NCBI GenBank assembly: GCA_002919235.1
Contig: PKEX01000037.1
Location: 1 to 64,000, forward strand
Source: Clostridia bacterium
Lineage (GTDB): Bacteria > Bacillota > Limnochordia > DTU080 > RSA5
Length of the DNA stretch: 64,000 nucleotides
Direction: 5' to 3'
Shown here: piece after piece, positions 10,431 to 21,928 of the stretch
How the letters are laid out: every line of letters begins with the position of its first letter
How positions within the stretch are numbered: the first letter of the stretch is position 1
Position numbers and translations under genes: made by a program
Notes under the pieces: model-generated
Database searches by the model: none
What the model saw: the letters and a program-made list of their open reading frames with translations, nothing else
Told to the model about the DNA's origin: nothing

Positions 10431-11093
10431 ATGCTGAAGGGCAGCCGCGAGGGCGTCGCCATCGTCATCGACGAAGCGGTGAGCATCGAGACGGCCATCG
10501 CGGAGCTCCGGGCCAAGCTCCAGGAGTCGGGTGAGTTCTTTCGCGGAGCGGCCTTTCGCCTCGATGCAGGGCGCCGCCGCCTGACGGAAGAGGAGCGCGA
10601 GGCCCTTTCGCAAGCGGTGCGAGAGTTCGGCATCGAGCTCCACGTGGTGGACGATACGCCGCGAGGGGGCGGGCCCGTCGCCTTCCCGCGCCGGGAGCGC
10701 TTGCCGCAGGTCACGGCAGGGCGCGCCGCACGGGGACGGGGTGAGGAGATGGCCTCCGAAGAGCGCACGCTGTATCTGAGGAGGACCCTCCGGTCGGGTC
10801 AGCGGGTGGACTTCGACGGCAACGTGGTCATCATGGGCGATGTGAACGCCGGGGCGCAGATCACGTGCACGGGCGACATCATCGTCCTGGGAACCTTGCG
10901 CGGGCTCGCGCACGCGGGAGCCGCCGGCAACGAGGAGGCCATCGTCATGGCCTTCCGCCTGGAGCCGACGCAGCTCCGCATCGCACATTACATCTCCAGG
11001 GCGCCGGACGAGGCTGAGCCGAGGCCCGTGGGACCGGAGATCGCCCGGGTGAAGAACGACATGATCCTGATTGAGGCTTACGACCCGCGATGA
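10431..11093 (+). CDS. minC: Septum site-determining protein MinC
   Basis: MinC N- and C-terminal domains (beta-helical C-terminus GDVNAGAQITCTGDIIVLG). Start chosen at ATG 10431; the upstream in-frame extension overlaps pbp2. GTG 10398 is an alternative. Confidence 0.7.
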   Translation: MLKGSREGVAIVIDEAVSIETAIAELRAKLQESGEFFRGAAFRLDAGRRRLTEEEREALSQAVREFGIELHVVDDTPRGGGPVAFPRRERLPQVTAGRAARGRGEEMASEERTLYLRRTLRSGQRVDFDGNVVIMGDVNAGAQITCTGDIIVLGTLRGLAHAGAAGNEEAIVMAFRLEPTQLRIAHYISRAPDEAEPRPVGPEIARVKNDMILIEAYDPR

Positions 11094-11111
11094 CGAGGAG
11101 GTCCGTCTCCG

Positions 11112-11921
11112 ATGGCAGGTAAAGTCTTGGTTGTGACCAGCGGCAAGGGAGGCGTCGGCAAGACGACCACCACGGCCAACCTGGGCACGGGGCTCGCGCT
11201 GCTGGGAAGAAGGGTGTGCCTGGTCGACGCGGACATCGGCCTGCGCAACCTGGACGTGGTGATGGGCCTGGAAAACCGGATCGTCTACGATCTGGTGGAT
11301 GTGATCGAAGGCCAGTGCAAGCTGCGGAACGCGCTGATCAAGGACAAGCGGGTGGAAAACCTCTTTCTCCTCCCGGCCGCTCAAACCCGGGAAAAGGACG
11401 CCGTCACTCCCGCGCAGATGAAAGAGCTCTGCGACACGCTCAAACAGGAGTTTGACTACGTTCTGGTGGACTCGCCCGCCGGCATCGAGCACGGTTTCCG
11501 CAACGCGATCGCCGGCGCCGACGACGCCCTCATCGTGACGACCCCCGAGGTCTCCGCCGTCCGGGACGCGGACCGGATCATCGGCATGCTGGAAGCGCAC
11601 GAGATCCGTTCGCCCAAGCTCATCGTCAACCGCATCCGCCCCGACATGGTGAAGCGGGGCGACATGATGGACATCGACGACGTCATCGAGATCCTGGCCA
11701 TCCAGCTGATCGGGGTGGTGCCTGACGATCAGGAAGTGATCGTGGCCACCAACAAGGGGGAGCCGGTCATCTTCGACCGCAGGACCCGCTCCGGCCAGGC
11801 GTACTACAACATCGTGCGCCGCCTGGAAGGCGAGGACGTCCCGTTCATGCAGATCGGCCCGGACGGCTTTGTCGAGCGGCTCCGCCGCCTTCTGAGCCGC
11901 GACGTGCGCCGGAGGGCTTAG
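11112..11921 (+). CDS. minD: Septum site-determining ATPase MinD
   Basis: Deviant Walker A motif SGKGGVGKTT. GAGGAGG SD. Confidence 0.9.
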   Translation: MAGKVLVVTSGKGGVGKTTTTANLGTGLALLGRRVCLVDADIGLRNLDVVMGLENRIVYDLVDVIEGQCKLRNALIKDKRVENLFLLPAAQTREKDAVTPAQMKELCDTLKQEFDYVLVDSPAGIEHGFRNAIAGADDALIVTTPEVSAVRDADRIIGMLEAHEIRSPKLIVNRIRPDMVKRGDMMDIDDVIEILAIQLIGVVPDDQEVIVATNKGEPVIFDRRTRSGQAYYNIVRRLEGEDVPFMQIGPDGFVERLRRLLSRDVRRRA

Positions 11922-11965
11922 ACACGGCGGCCCGCACCGGACTTGCGGGCGATGGGGGGATCGTG

Positions 11966-12247
11966 ATGCGCGACTTCTTCGGCAGGCTTTTCAGCAGGGA
12001 AGAAGGGAGCAAGAAGGCAGCCAAGGACCGCCTGCGCCTGGTGCTGGTGCACGACCGGACCAGCCTCTCGCCGCACCTGCTCGACACCCTGAAGGAAGAC
12101 TTGATCCAGACCATCTCGAAGTACCTGGAGATCGACACCGAAGGCCTTGAAGTCAACATCGATCAAGAGGAGGAGACGATGGCCCTCGTCGCCAGCATCC
12201 CGATCCGCTCCGTGCGGCGGGGTGTCGTCGCGAAGGCCAACTCGTAA
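11966..12247 (+). CDS. minE: Cell division topological specificity factor MinE
   Basis: MMRDFFGRLFSREEGSKK... typical MinE. ATG 11966 with GGGGGGA SD 5 nt upstream. Confidence 0.85.
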   Translation: MRDFFGRLFSREEGSKKAAKDRLRLVLVHDRTSLSPHLLDTLKEDLIQTISKYLEIDTEGLEVNIDQEEETMALVASIPIRSVRRGVVAKANS

Positions 12248-12250
12248 CCC

Positions 12251-13378
12251 TTGGACATCGATCGCCGCTTGTTCCGCAATCTGGACGTCCCCCTGATCGC
12301 CGTCACGCTCCTTCTGGTCGTCTTCGGTCTCGTCGCCGTGTACAGCGCCACCTTTTCGCTGGATCCCGGTGATCCCTACCGGTACGTCCGCCGGCAGCTG
12401 GCCTGGGCCGCCGCCGGCGGGATGGTCGCGGCGGTCTCGCTTCTTTTCGATTACCAGCAGTGGGCCAGGGCCGCTCGCTTGATCTACCTGGCCACTCTAA
12501 TCATCCTGGCCGCGGTGCCCCTGTTTGCCCCCAGCATCCAAGGCGCGCGCCGCTGGTTCGTCGTGGGACCCGTGCAGCTCCAGCCGTCGGAGTTCGCCAA
12601 GCTGGCCATCATCGTGACGCTGGCGCGGCTCCTGGCGGCCCGGGAGGAGCTGGCCCGCCCCACAGGTCTCATCGGCCCGCTGATCCACGTAGGTCTTCCC
12701 ATCGGGCTCATCCTGCTGCAGCCGGATCTGGGCACGTCGCTGATCTTCATCGCGATCCTGTTCGGGATGCTCTTTGCCGCGGGGGTTCCTCTGCGCTACT
12801 TGGTGGCGCTGGGGGCAGGGGGAGCCGCGCTGTTCGCCGTCGCTGCGTACGCCTCGCTGCAGGGATGGTTCCCGCTCCTGAAAGAGTACCAGCTCCGCAG
12901 GCTCTTGGTCTTCCTCGATCCCTACAGCGACCGCACCGGCGCGGGCTGGAACGTGATCCAGTCGATGATCGCCATCGGTTCGGGCGGCTTCTTCGGCAAA
13001 GGGCTCTTTTCGGGGTCGCAGACGCAGCTCCGGTTCTTGCCGGCCCGCCACACGGACTTCATCTTCTCGGTCATCGGCGAAGAGCTGGGCTTTCTCGGCG
13101 CGTTCCTCCTGCTGGGACTCTACTTCCTCCTCATGTGGCGCTCGTTGCGGCTGATGGCCCAAGCGAAGGACACGTTCGGCGCGCTGATCATCGCCGGCGT
13201 CGTCTCGATGATCTTCGGCCACGTGCTGGTGAACGTGGGCATGACCCTGGGGATTATGCCCGTCACCGGCCTTCCCCTGCCCTTCGTCAGCGTCGGCGGG
13301 ACGTCGCTGGTCACCAACCTCCTGGGCGTGGCCATGATCCTCAACGTCCACATGCGCCGCCACAAGATCCTCTTCTGA
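12251..13378 (+). CDS. rodA: SEDS-family peptidoglycan polymerase RodA (FtsW/RodA/SpoVE)
   Basis: About 10 TM segments, SEDS motifs. TTG 12251 sits 3 nt after the minE stop. Confidence 0.8.
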   Translation: MDIDRRLFRNLDVPLIAVTLLLVVFGLVAVYSATFSLDPGDPYRYVRRQLAWAAAGGMVAAVSLLFDYQQWARAARLIYLATLIILAAVPLFAPSIQGARRWFVVGPVQLQPSEFAKLAIIVTLARLLAAREELARPTGLIGPLIHVGLPIGLILLQPDLGTSLIFIAILFGMLFAAGVPLRYLVALGAGGAALFAVAAYASLQGWFPLLKEYQLRRLLVFLDPYSDRTGAGWNVIQSMIAIGSGGFFGKGLFSGSQTQLRFLPARHTDFIFSVIGEELGFLGAFLLLGLYFLLMWRSLRLMAQAKDTFGALIIAGVVSMIFGHVLVNVGMTLGIMPVTGLPLPFVSVGGTSLVTNLLGVAMILNVHMRRHKILF

Positions 13379-13448
13379 GCTGCCCCCTGAAGGCTACATA
13401 GGCCCGCCCGGCCGCCCATATATTGGGCAGAGGAAAGGGGAGAGGGGC

Positions 13449-13634
13449 ATGGATCTCCTGCGCGCCGCAGCCAACGTCCTCTTCGCCCTGGCCTTGGCGC
13501 TCCTGGCCGCCTGGGCCGTCTTCCGGGGCTTTCCGGTTACCCCGCGGTTTGAGGAGTACCTCGCGTTCGTCGTGTCCGGCGGGAGGCACGATCTCCCGGC
13601 CGTGGCGCACCCGGCCGCGGGACCGCTGCGCTGA
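13449..13634 (+). CDS. Small hypothetical membrane protein (61 aa, one TM helix)
   Basis: ATG 13449 directly after the purine-rich SD ggaaaggggagagggg. Hydrophobic core LFALALALLAAWAVF. Lies between rodA and the SpoIVFB-like gene. Confidence 0.5.
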   Translation: MDLLRAAANVLFALALALLAAWAVFRGFPVTPRFEEYLAFVVSGGRHDLPAVAHPAAGPLR

Positions 13635-13668
13635 GCGCCTTGACGCCCGCCGGGGAGCGCTCCCGCCG

Positions 13669-14559
13669 GTGACCGTCGCCCGCCTCTTTGGCGTCCGCAT
13701 CGTCCTCAGCGGCTGGTTTCTCCTCCTTTTCGCCTTCCTCGGCGCGGCGGGGGTGCTGGCCGAGGCGGCGCTGCTCTTCGCCGTGGCGCTCGCCCACGAG
13801 CTGGCCCACGTCGCGGCCGCGCGGCTGTGCGGCCTGGAGGTCGCGGAAGTGGAGCTGTTTCCTTTCGGCGGGGTGGCCCGCCTGGAAGGACCACTGGAGC
13901 TGGACCCCGCCGCCGAAGCCAAGGTCGCTCTCGCGGGGCCCCTGGCCAACGCCCTGGCCGCCGGGGCCTTGCTGGCGCTCAAAGGATGGGAAGCGATGCC
14001 GTCCGAGCTGGCCCGCCGTCTGCTGGAAGCCAATCTCCTCATCGGAGGGTTCAACCTGATCCCCGCCCTGCCTCTGGACGGCGGCCGGGTCTACCGGGCG
14101 TGGCTGTCGGAGCGGGCCGGGTTCTTGCGGGCGACGGAGCGCGCCGCCCGCCTGGGCCGCCGCTTCGGCCTGGCCATCGCCGCCGCCGGGCTGCTGCTGC
14201 TGGTCCTCGGGGTCACCAGCGCCAGCGTGCCGGCGGTAGGCGCGTTCCTTTTCGCTGCCGCCCGGAAGGAAGAAGAGCAGGGGCCGTACGCCTTTATGCG
14301 GTACCTGGCCCGGCGCCGGGAGGTGCTGGGCCGCCTGCCCGTCCAGGCCGTGCGGCACGTGGTAGCCTCCGAAACGGTGCCGGTCAAGGACGTGCTGGCG
14401 CGGCTTGCACCCCGGCGCTACCACATCGTCTGGGTGGTGGGGCGGGACGGGCGGCTCGCGGGCTTCGCCGGGGAGCGAGAGCTGATCGACGCCTTGTTCG
14501 CGGGCGGGATCGAGACCCCGCTGGGCGCGGTCCTGGGTCCCTCGCGACCGGGGGGCTGA
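13669..14559 (+). CDS. spoIVFB: M50B site-2 protease, SpoIVFB-like, with C-terminal CBS-like region
   Basis: HELAH in a TM helix plus NLIPALPLDGGRV (LDG motif). Position after minCDE-rodA matches B. subtilis spoIVF. Start chosen at GTG 13669; the listed 5' extension from 13423 is Arg-rich junk. Confidence 0.7.
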   Translation: MTVARLFGVRIVLSGWFLLLFAFLGAAGVLAEAALLFAVALAHELAHVAAARLCGLEVAEVELFPFGGVARLEGPLELDPAAEAKVALAGPLANALAAGALLALKGWEAMPSELARRLLEANLLIGGFNLIPALPLDGGRVYRAWLSERAGFLRATERAARLGRRFGLAIAAAGLLLLVLGVTSASVPAVGAFLFAAARKEEEQGPYAFMRYLARRREVLGRLPVQAVRHVVASETVPVKDVLARLAPRRYHIVWVVGRDGRLAGFAGERELIDALFAGGIETPLGAVLGPSRPGG

Positions 14560-14625
14560 AGGCGGAAGGCCCGCCCGCCGGAGGGGGGCAAGAGGCCGGA
14601 AGCCGCTTGGCATCGGCGTTTGGGA

Positions 14626-14654
14626 TTGACAGGGACGCCGGCATATGATATGGT
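14626..14654 (+). promoter_or_regulatory. Sigma-A-type promoter: TTGACA, 17-nt spacer, extended -10 TGaTATGGT
   Basis: TTGACA at 14626-31, 17-nt spacer, TG at 14646-47, TATGGT at 14649-54. About 345 nt upstream of rng. Confidence 0.55.
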
Positions 14655-14998
14655 AAACCCATACAGGTGTTCGAAAAACGCTCCCCCGAGCATACCTCAA
14701 CTGGCGGCTAGGCATACTAGATCCGGAAGACGTTGGCACATCCGGCCGGATGTGCCGAAGCTTTAGGTGCGGGGCAAGAGGCGCGGCGCGGCGGCGTGAG
14801 CGGGCGCGGCCCGGCGTCCAGGGTTTGTGCCGCGTGCTTGACGAAAGTTTTGCACGATTTTGACGGATGGTAGGCATTGCTACCGTTTTGGGTTTCGCTC
14901 CCCGAGAAGCCAGGGAAGCCCCCGCGAGCGGGCGCGGCCAGGTTTTCCAGGGAAAAGGGGAGGTGCCCGGGGTTTGGAGTGATTGGGAGTGACATTTC

Positions 14999-16690
14999 AT
15001 GAAAAAGGAGATTGTGGTCAATGTCGGCCTGGGTGAGACGCGCGCGGCGCTCCTCGAGGACCGGCGTTTGGTCGAGTTTTACGTGGAGCGCCAAGAGGAC
15101 CAGCGCGTCGTAGGAAACATTTACAAGGGCCGGGTGGAGAACGTCCTGCCCGGCATGCAGGCGGCGTTCGTCAACATCGGCCTCGAGCGGAACGCCTTTC
15201 TCTACGTCGACGACGCCCTCGCCTACAGCAAAAACGGCTCGCAGAACGGCGACGGGCACGTCCATTCCATCAAGGACATCCTCAAGGAAGGACAGCACAT
15301 CATCGTACAGGTGACCAAAGAGCCCATCGGCACCAAGGGCGCCCGCGTGGTCACCAATCTCACCCTCCCTGGACGCTATTTGGTATTGATGCCCACCGTG
15401 GAATACATCGGGGTCTCCCGGAGGATCGGGTCCGAGCGGGAGCGAAACCGCCTCAAGGCCATCGCCAAGCGGATCCGGCCCAAGGGGATGGGGCTCATCG
15501 TCCGCACGGTGGCCGAGGGGAAGTCGGAAGAGGAGCTCCTGCAGGACTGCCGGTTTCTCCTGGGGCTGTGGGACCGCATCCAGCAGCGGGCCCGCAAGGC
15601 CTCCCCGCCCGCGCTGCTCTACAAGGATTACGACCTGGTCTACCGGCTGGTCCGCGACACCTTCACCCCCGACGTCGACAAGTTCGTCATCGACAGCGAA
15701 GAAGAGTACCACAAGACGCTGGAGCTGTTGGACCACCTCTCGCCGCAGCTCAAGAACCGGGTGTACCTCTATCACGAAGGCCCGCCCATTTTCGAGGCCT
15801 ACGGCATCGAGCCCGACATCGAGCGGGCGCTGCAGCGCAAGGTGTGGCTGGACTGCGGCGGCTACATCGTCATCGACCACACGGAGGCGCTGATCAGCAT
15901 CGACGTCAACACGGGCCGCTACACCGGCAGCACCAACCTGGCGGACACCGTGCTCCGGACCAACCTGGAGGCGGCGACGGAGATCGCCCGGCAGCTGCGG
16001 CTGCGGGACATGGGCGGCATCATCATCGTCGACTTCATCGACATGGAGTCGAAAGAGCACGAGAAGATGGTGCTGGAACGGCTGGAGCGGGAGATGCGCA
16101 AAGACAAGACCCGCACCCACATCCTCGGCTTCACCAACCTGGGCCTGGTGGAGATCACCCGCAAGAAGGTGAAGCAGGACATCGGCGACTTCCTCCACAA
16201 GACCTGCCCGATGTGCGAGGGGTCCGGCCGGATCCTCTCCGAGGCGACCGTGGCTCACCGGGTGCAGCGGCAGATCAAAAAGATGGCCCGGGAGACGGAT
16301 GCCGAGGCCATCCTGGTGGCGGTGAACCCGTCGGTGGCGGCCTTGATCATCGGCGCGGGCGGGTCGGGCCTGAGGGCGCTGGAGGAGCAGACCGGAAAGA
16401 GCATTTACGTGAAGGGGAGCGCGGACTACGCCATCGACCAGGTGAACTTCTTGGCCGTCGGCACCAAGGAGGAAGTGGAGGCCAAGGCGCTGCCCGTCCG
16501 CCAGGGACAGGTCCTGGACATGGAGGTGGAGGAGCCGCACATCTCCAACCCCCGGGACGGCATCGCCCGGGTCCACGGGTACGTCATCGACATCGAAGGC
16601 GCGGGCAGCATGGTGGGGCAGAAGCTGAAAGTGGAGATCACCAAAGTGTTCCGGACCTACGCGAAGGGCAAGGTGCTTTCCAGGGCGTGA
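14999..16690 (+). CDS. rng: Ribonuclease G/E family endoribonuclease (RNase G-like) with C-terminal extension
   Basis: S1 domain plus RNase E/G catalytic core, 563 aa. ATG 14999. Confidence 0.85.
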   Translation: MKKEIVVNVGLGETRAALLEDRRLVEFYVERQEDQRVVGNIYKGRVENVLPGMQAAFVNIGLERNAFLYVDDALAYSKNGSQNGDGHVHSIKDILKEGQHIIVQVTKEPIGTKGARVVTNLTLPGRYLVLMPTVEYIGVSRRIGSERERNRLKAIAKRIRPKGMGLIVRTVAEGKSEEELLQDCRFLLGLWDRIQQRARKASPPALLYKDYDLVYRLVRDTFTPDVDKFVIDSEEEYHKTLELLDHLSPQLKNRVYLYHEGPPIFEAYGIEPDIERALQRKVWLDCGGYIVIDHTEALISIDVNTGRYTGSTNLADTVLRTNLEAATEIARQLRLRDMGGIIIVDFIDMESKEHEKMVLERLEREMRKDKTRTHILGFTNLGLVEITRKKVKQDIGDFLHKTCPMCEGSGRILSEATVAHRVQRQIKKMARETDAEAILVAVNPSVAALIIGAGGSGLRALEEQTGKSIYVKGSADYAIDQVNFLAVGTKEEVEAKALPVRQGQVLDMEVEEPHISNPRDGIARVHGYVIDIEGAGSMVGQKLKVEITKVFRTYAKGKVLSRA

Positions 16691-16740
16691 CGGGCCGCCG
16701 CGGGGCGGCCCCGGGGGAAGCGGCGCTGCCGGTCCGGGCT

Positions 16741-16769
16741 TTGACAGGGAAGGACGGGCGTGGTACAAT
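16741..16769 (+). promoter_or_regulatory. Consensus sigma-A promoter TTGACA, 17-nt spacer, TGgTACAAT
   Basis: TTGACA at 16741-46, 17-nt spacer, extended TG at 16761-62, TACAAT at 16764-69. Confidence 0.7.
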
Positions 16770-16775
16770 CTCAAA

Positions 16776-16916
16776 GTGGCTCTCTGCTGCCCCGCTGGCT
16801 TTTTGCTTGCGAGGGCCGGCGGCCGCTTTTGCCGCACGGGTGAGGCAGCCAATGGCGCCGCGCGCCGCGGCGCAGCCTCTCGCCGGCGAGCCTAAAGCCT
16901 GGAGGAGATTTTTCGT
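16776..16916 (+). ncRNA. Putative ribosomal protein L21 leader (autoregulatory 5' UTR of rplU-prp-rpmA)
   Basis: About 140-nt structured GC-rich leader between a consensus promoter and the rplU SD. Firmicutes are known to carry an L21 leader here. Fold not verified. Confidence 0.4.
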
Positions 16917-17228
16917 ATGTACGCCATCGTGGAGACCGGCGGCAAGCAGTACCGGGTCGCCGAGGGCGACGTGATTACCGTCGAGCGCCTCGCGGCCCAA
17001 GAAGGCGAGGAAATCACCCTCGACCGGGTCCTGCTGGTCGCGAGCGAGGACGGGGTGAAGGTAGGAAGGCCCGTGGTGGAAGGGGCCAAGGTGAAGGCCA
17101 CGGTGACCGGCCACGGCAAGCACCCCAAGATCCTGGTCTTCAAGTACAAGCCCAAGAAGAACTACCGGCGCCGCTACGGCCATCGCCAGCCGTACACCCA
17201 GCTCAAGATCACCAAGATTGAGCTCTAA
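16917..17228 (+). CDS. rplU: 50S ribosomal protein L21
   Basis: [14 protein letters not shown]...; GGAGGAG SD. Confidence 0.95.
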   Translation: MYAIVETGGKQYRVAEGDVITVERLAAQEGEEITLDRVLLVASEDGVKVGRPVVEGAKVKATVTGHGKHPKILVFKYKPKKNYRRRYGHRQPYTQLKITKIEL

Positions 17229-17242
17229 AGCGGGCGAGGCGG

Positions 17243-17587
17243 TTGGTCAGGGTCACGCTGCACCGGCGCCGGGAAGCCGGGGATCTGGTAGGGTTTGACG
17301 CCCTGGGACACACGGGGTACGCGGAGCACGGCTCCGACATCGTCTGCGCCGCGGTGTCGGCGTTGACCACCGTCACGGTCCTCGGGCTGCAAGCCCGCCT
17401 GGGCCTCGACCCTTACGTCGAGGTGGACGAAGAGAGCGGCCGGCTGGTGTGCCGGCTCGATCCCGGTGCGGTGGACCCGGGGCGCTGGCAGAGGGCGCAG
17501 GACCTTTTGGAAACGCTGGCCCTGGGCCTTCGGGAGATCGAAAGGGATTACCGAGGCTACGTCGCCGTGGAGGAGGTCGCGAGATGA
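17243..17587 (+). CDS. prp: Ribosomal-processing cysteine protease Prp (YsxB/DUF464)
   Basis: [18 protein letters not shown] catalytic His/Cys motif. Sits between rplU and rpmA. TTG 17243. Confidence 0.8.
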   Translation: MVRVTLHRRREAGDLVGFDALGHTGYAEHGSDIVCAAVSALTTVTVLGLQARLGLDPYVEVDEESGRLVCRLDPGAVDPGRWQRAQDLLETLALGLREIERDYRGYVAVEEVAR

Positions 17588-17874
17588 TCCGCGTGAACTT
17601 GCAGCTCTTCGCGCACAAGAAGGGGATGGGCAGCACCCGCAACGGCCGGGATAGCCACTCCAAGCGTTTGGGCGTCAAGGCCCACACCGGCCAGCTGGTG
17701 ACGGCGGGGAGCATCCTGGTCCGCCAGCGGGGGACCAAGTTCCATCCCGGGCGCAACGTCGGCCTGGGCAAGGACGACACGCTGTTTGCCAAGATCGACG
17801 GCTACGTCCGCTTTGAGCGCTTGGGCAAGGATCGAAAGCGCGTCAGCGTCTACCCCGAGCCGGTCCTCTCGTAA
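17584..17874 (+). CDS. rpmA: 50S ribosomal protein L27 with N-terminal propeptide
   Basis: MIRVNLQLF|[15 protein letters not shown]; ATGA overlap with prp; GGAGGAGG SD. Confidence 0.95.
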   Translation: MIRVNLQLFAHKKGMGSTRNGRDSHSKRLGVKAHTGQLVTAGSILVRQRGTKFHPGRNVGLGKDDTLFAKIDGYVRFERLGKDRKRVSVYPEPVLS

Positions 17875-19257
<1,383 letters not shown>

Positions 19258-19359
19258 CTCCCGGATCCGGCCCAGGCCGGCTCCGGGGACCCGGAAGGAT
19301 CAATTCCCGCCCGCGAGAATTGCTACAGCGATTTCGACACCTCTGGGGGTCGACGTCTT

Positions 19360-20562
19360 GTGAGCCAACGTGCGATGCACGACGGGAACGCAGCCAAGGC
19401 GGCGTCCCCGGCCCAGACCGGCGCTGGGCCTTGGGCGCCGTACACGCGCTTATTGACCGGAGCCAAGCGGGTCGTCGTCAAGGTGGGGACGAGCACGCTC
19501 ACTCACCCCGGCGGAGGCCTCAACTCGGCCCGGATGGAGGACCTGGTGCGCCAGCTGGCGGACGCGGCCGGCAGCGGGCGGGAGGTGGTGCTGGTCACCT
19601 CCGGGGCCATCGGCGCCGGCATGAGCCGGCTGGGGATGGCGCGAAAGCCCCGCTCGATCCCGGAGAAGCAGGCCGTGGCCGCAGTGGGCCAAGGGATTCT
19701 GATGCAGACCTACGAGAGTCTTTTCGCTGACTGCGGCTACGTCGTGGGCCAGCTGCTGCTCACCCGGGACGACCTGACCCACCGCAAACGCCATCTCAAC
19801 TGCCGCAACACCATCGAAAGCCTCTGGCGGATGGGCGCGATCCCCATCGTGAACGAGAACGACACGGTGGCGGTGGAGGAGATCAAGTTCGGTGACAACG
19901 ACACGCTGGCGGCGCTGGTGGCCGGGCTCATCGCTGCAGACCTCTTGATCATTCTTTCCGACGTGGACGGCGTGTACGACAAGAACCCCCGCCTCCACCC
20001 GTCCGCGACGCTCCTGCAGGTGGTGGAGGCGGTGACGCCGGAGCTCATGGAAGCGGCCGGCGGTCCCGGATCGCTATACGGCAGCGGCGGGATGGTCACC
20101 AAGCTGCAGGCGGCCAAGATGGCCATGGCGGGCGGTACGGCTGCAGTCATCGCCAACGGCGCCCGGCCCGGCGTCATCCGCTCCATTCTCGAAGGGGAAA
20201 CCGCCGGGACGCTCTTTGTGCCCAGGCCGGAGAAGATGGCGGGCCGCAAGCGCTGGATCGCGTTTTACCTGCCGGCTCAAGGGCAGATCCGGGTGGACGC
20301 CGGCGCGCGCAAGGCGCTGGTGGAGGGGGGCAAGAGCCTCTTGGCCGCGGGGATCGTGGGCGTCTCCGGGCAGTTTGAGGAAGGCGACGTGGTGCAGGTC
20401 CTCGATGAGGACGGCCGGGAGCTGGCCCGCGGTCTGGTCAACTACGGAGCGGAGGAGCTCGCCAGGATCCAGGGCCGCAGCACGCAGGAGATTCACGAGA
20501 TCCTGGGCTACAAGTACTTCGACGAGGTGATCCACCGGGACAACCTCGTCCTCTCGGTCTGA
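19360..20562 (+). CDS. proB: Glutamate 5-kinase with PUA domain
   Basis: [12 protein letters not shown] amino-acid kinase N-terminus and PUA C-terminus. GTG 19360 gives about 30 extra N-terminal residues; ATG 19375 is an alternative. Confidence 0.8.
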   Translation: MSQRAMHDGNAAKAASPAQTGAGPWAPYTRLLTGAKRVVVKVGTSTLTHPGGGLNSARMEDLVRQLADAAGSGREVVLVTSGAIGAGMSRLGMARKPRSIPEKQAVAAVGQGILMQTYESLFADCGYVVGQLLLTRDDLTHRKRHLNCRNTIESLWRMGAIPIVNENDTVAVEEIKFGDNDTLAALVAGLIAADLLIILSDVDGVYDKNPRLHPSATLLQVVEAVTPELMEAAGGPGSLYGSGGMVTKLQAAKMAMAGGTAAVIANGARPGVIRSILEGETAGTLFVPRPEKMAGRKRWIAFYLPAQGQIRVDAGARKALVEGGKSLLAAGIVGVSGQFEEGDVVQVLDEDGRELARGLVNYGAEELARIQGRSTQEIHEILGYKYFDEVIHRDNLVLSV

Positions 20563-20617
20563 GAAGAGAAGACTGCGCCCGGAGCAGATGCTCCCGCGGC
20601 GCCGGGAGGGATCCGAC

Positions 20618-21922
20618 ATGAGCACGCAACCGATGGAGCGGGCACCGGCGGGCGCGCCGCCGGCGCAGGAGCCCGAGAGCGAGGTGCGCCGCAAGGCCAG
20701 GCTGGCCAAGGCCGCGGCCAGGCGCCTCGCGCTGCTGTCGACGGAGCGAAAGGACGCCGCGCTGCGGGCTATCGCCGCGGAGCTGGAGGCGAAGGCGGAT
20801 GAGATCATCGCCGCCAACGGGAAGGACCTGGAGAACGCCCGGCAGAAGGGCGTGAGCGCCGCCCTCTTGGATCGCCTGGCGCTGACCCGTGAGCGGATCC
20901 AGGGGATCGCTGCCGGCGTGCGGGAGGTGGCCGAGCTGCCCGATCCGGTGGGCGAGACGGTGCGGGCCTGGCGGCGGCCGAACGGCCTTGAGATCAGCCA
21001 GGTGCGCGTCCCTCTGGGCGTCGTGGGAATCATCTACGAGGCCCGGCCCAACGTGACCGCGGACGCAGCGGCTCTCTGCCTCAAGTCCGGCAACGCCGCC
21101 CTGCTGAGAGGCAGCTCGGAGGCGCTCGAGTCCAATAAGGCCATCGCGGCCGCGATCCAGGACGCCCTGGAGCAGTCGGGGCTTCCCCGGGAGGCGGTGC
21201 AGCTGATCGAGGACACCGACCGCTCGGCCGCGCAGGAGATGATGCGGCTCAACGGCCTCATCGATGTCCTGATCCCCCGGGGCGGGGCCGGCTTGATCCA
21301 GGCGGTGGTGCAGAACGCCACGGTCCCGGTGATCGAGACCGGCGTGGGCAACTGCCACATCTACGTCCACGCCGACGCGGACCTGGACAAGGCGGAGGCC
21401 ATCGTCATCAACGCGAAGACCCGCCGCTGCTCGGTGTGCAACGCCGTGGAGACGCTGCTGGTGGACGCAAAGGTGGCGGAGGCGTTCCTGCCCCGCATCG
21501 GGCGGGCGCTGGAGGAGGCGGGGGTCGAGATCCGGGGCTGCGAGCGGACCCGCCGGTGGATTCCCCAGGCCAAGCCCGCCGTGGAGGAGGACTGGTACGC
21601 GGAATACCTCGCCCTCATCCTGGCGGTCAAGGTGGTGGACGGCATCGACGAGGCCATCGACCACATCGAGCGGTACGGGTCGCACCACTCGGACGCGATC
21701 GTCACGGAGAACTACTCCGTGGCCCGGCGGTTCACCCGCGAGGTGGACTCCGCCGCCGTGTACGTGAACGCCTCCACGTATTTCACCGACGGCAACCAGT
21801 TTGGTTTCGGGGCGGAGATCGGCATCAGCACCCAGAAGCTGCACGCCCGCGGGCCCATGGGGCTGCCCGAGCTCACCTCCACCAAGTACGTGATCCACGG
21901 CGACGGGCAAATCCGCGTGTGA
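20618..21922 (+). CDS. proA: Gamma-glutamyl phosphate reductase
   Basis: Aldehyde dehydrogenase-like with catalytic Cys ([14 protein letters not shown]). ATG 20618 after GGGAGGG. Confidence 0.85.
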   Translation: MSTQPMERAPAGAPPAQEPESEVRRKARLAKAAARRLALLSTERKDAALRAIAAELEAKADEIIAANGKDLENARQKGVSAALLDRLALTRERIQGIAAGVREVAELPDPVGETVRAWRRPNGLEISQVRVPLGVVGIIYEARPNVTADAAALCLKSGNAALLRGSSEALESNKAIAAAIQDALEQSGLPREAVQLIEDTDRSAAQEMMRLNGLIDVLIPRGGAGLIQAVVQNATVPVIETGVGNCHIYVHADADLDKAEAIVINAKTRRCSVCNAVETLLVDAKVAEAFLPRIGRALEEAGVEIRGCERTRRWIPQAKPAVEEDWYAEYLALILAVKVVDGIDEAIDHIERYGSHHSDAIVTENYSVARRFTREVDSAAVYVNASTYFTDGNQFGFGAEIGISTQKLHARGPMGLPELTSTKYVIHGDGQIRV

Positions 21923-21928
21923 GAGGCG

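Noticed and set aside
13423-13668. N-terminal 82 codons of the listed M50 protease ORF
   Set aside because: Arg/Ser/Pro-rich junk overlapping a better-supported small ORF in another frame; SpoIVFB alignment supports GTG 13669.
14717-16852. 711-aa minus-strand ORF antisense to rng
   Set aside because: Antisense high-GC artefact; rng on the plus strand is a full-length RNase E/G.
19258-19359. Possible terminator or riboswitch between obg and proB
   Set aside because: Only short imperfect GC stems without a U-tract; no convincing conserved motif.
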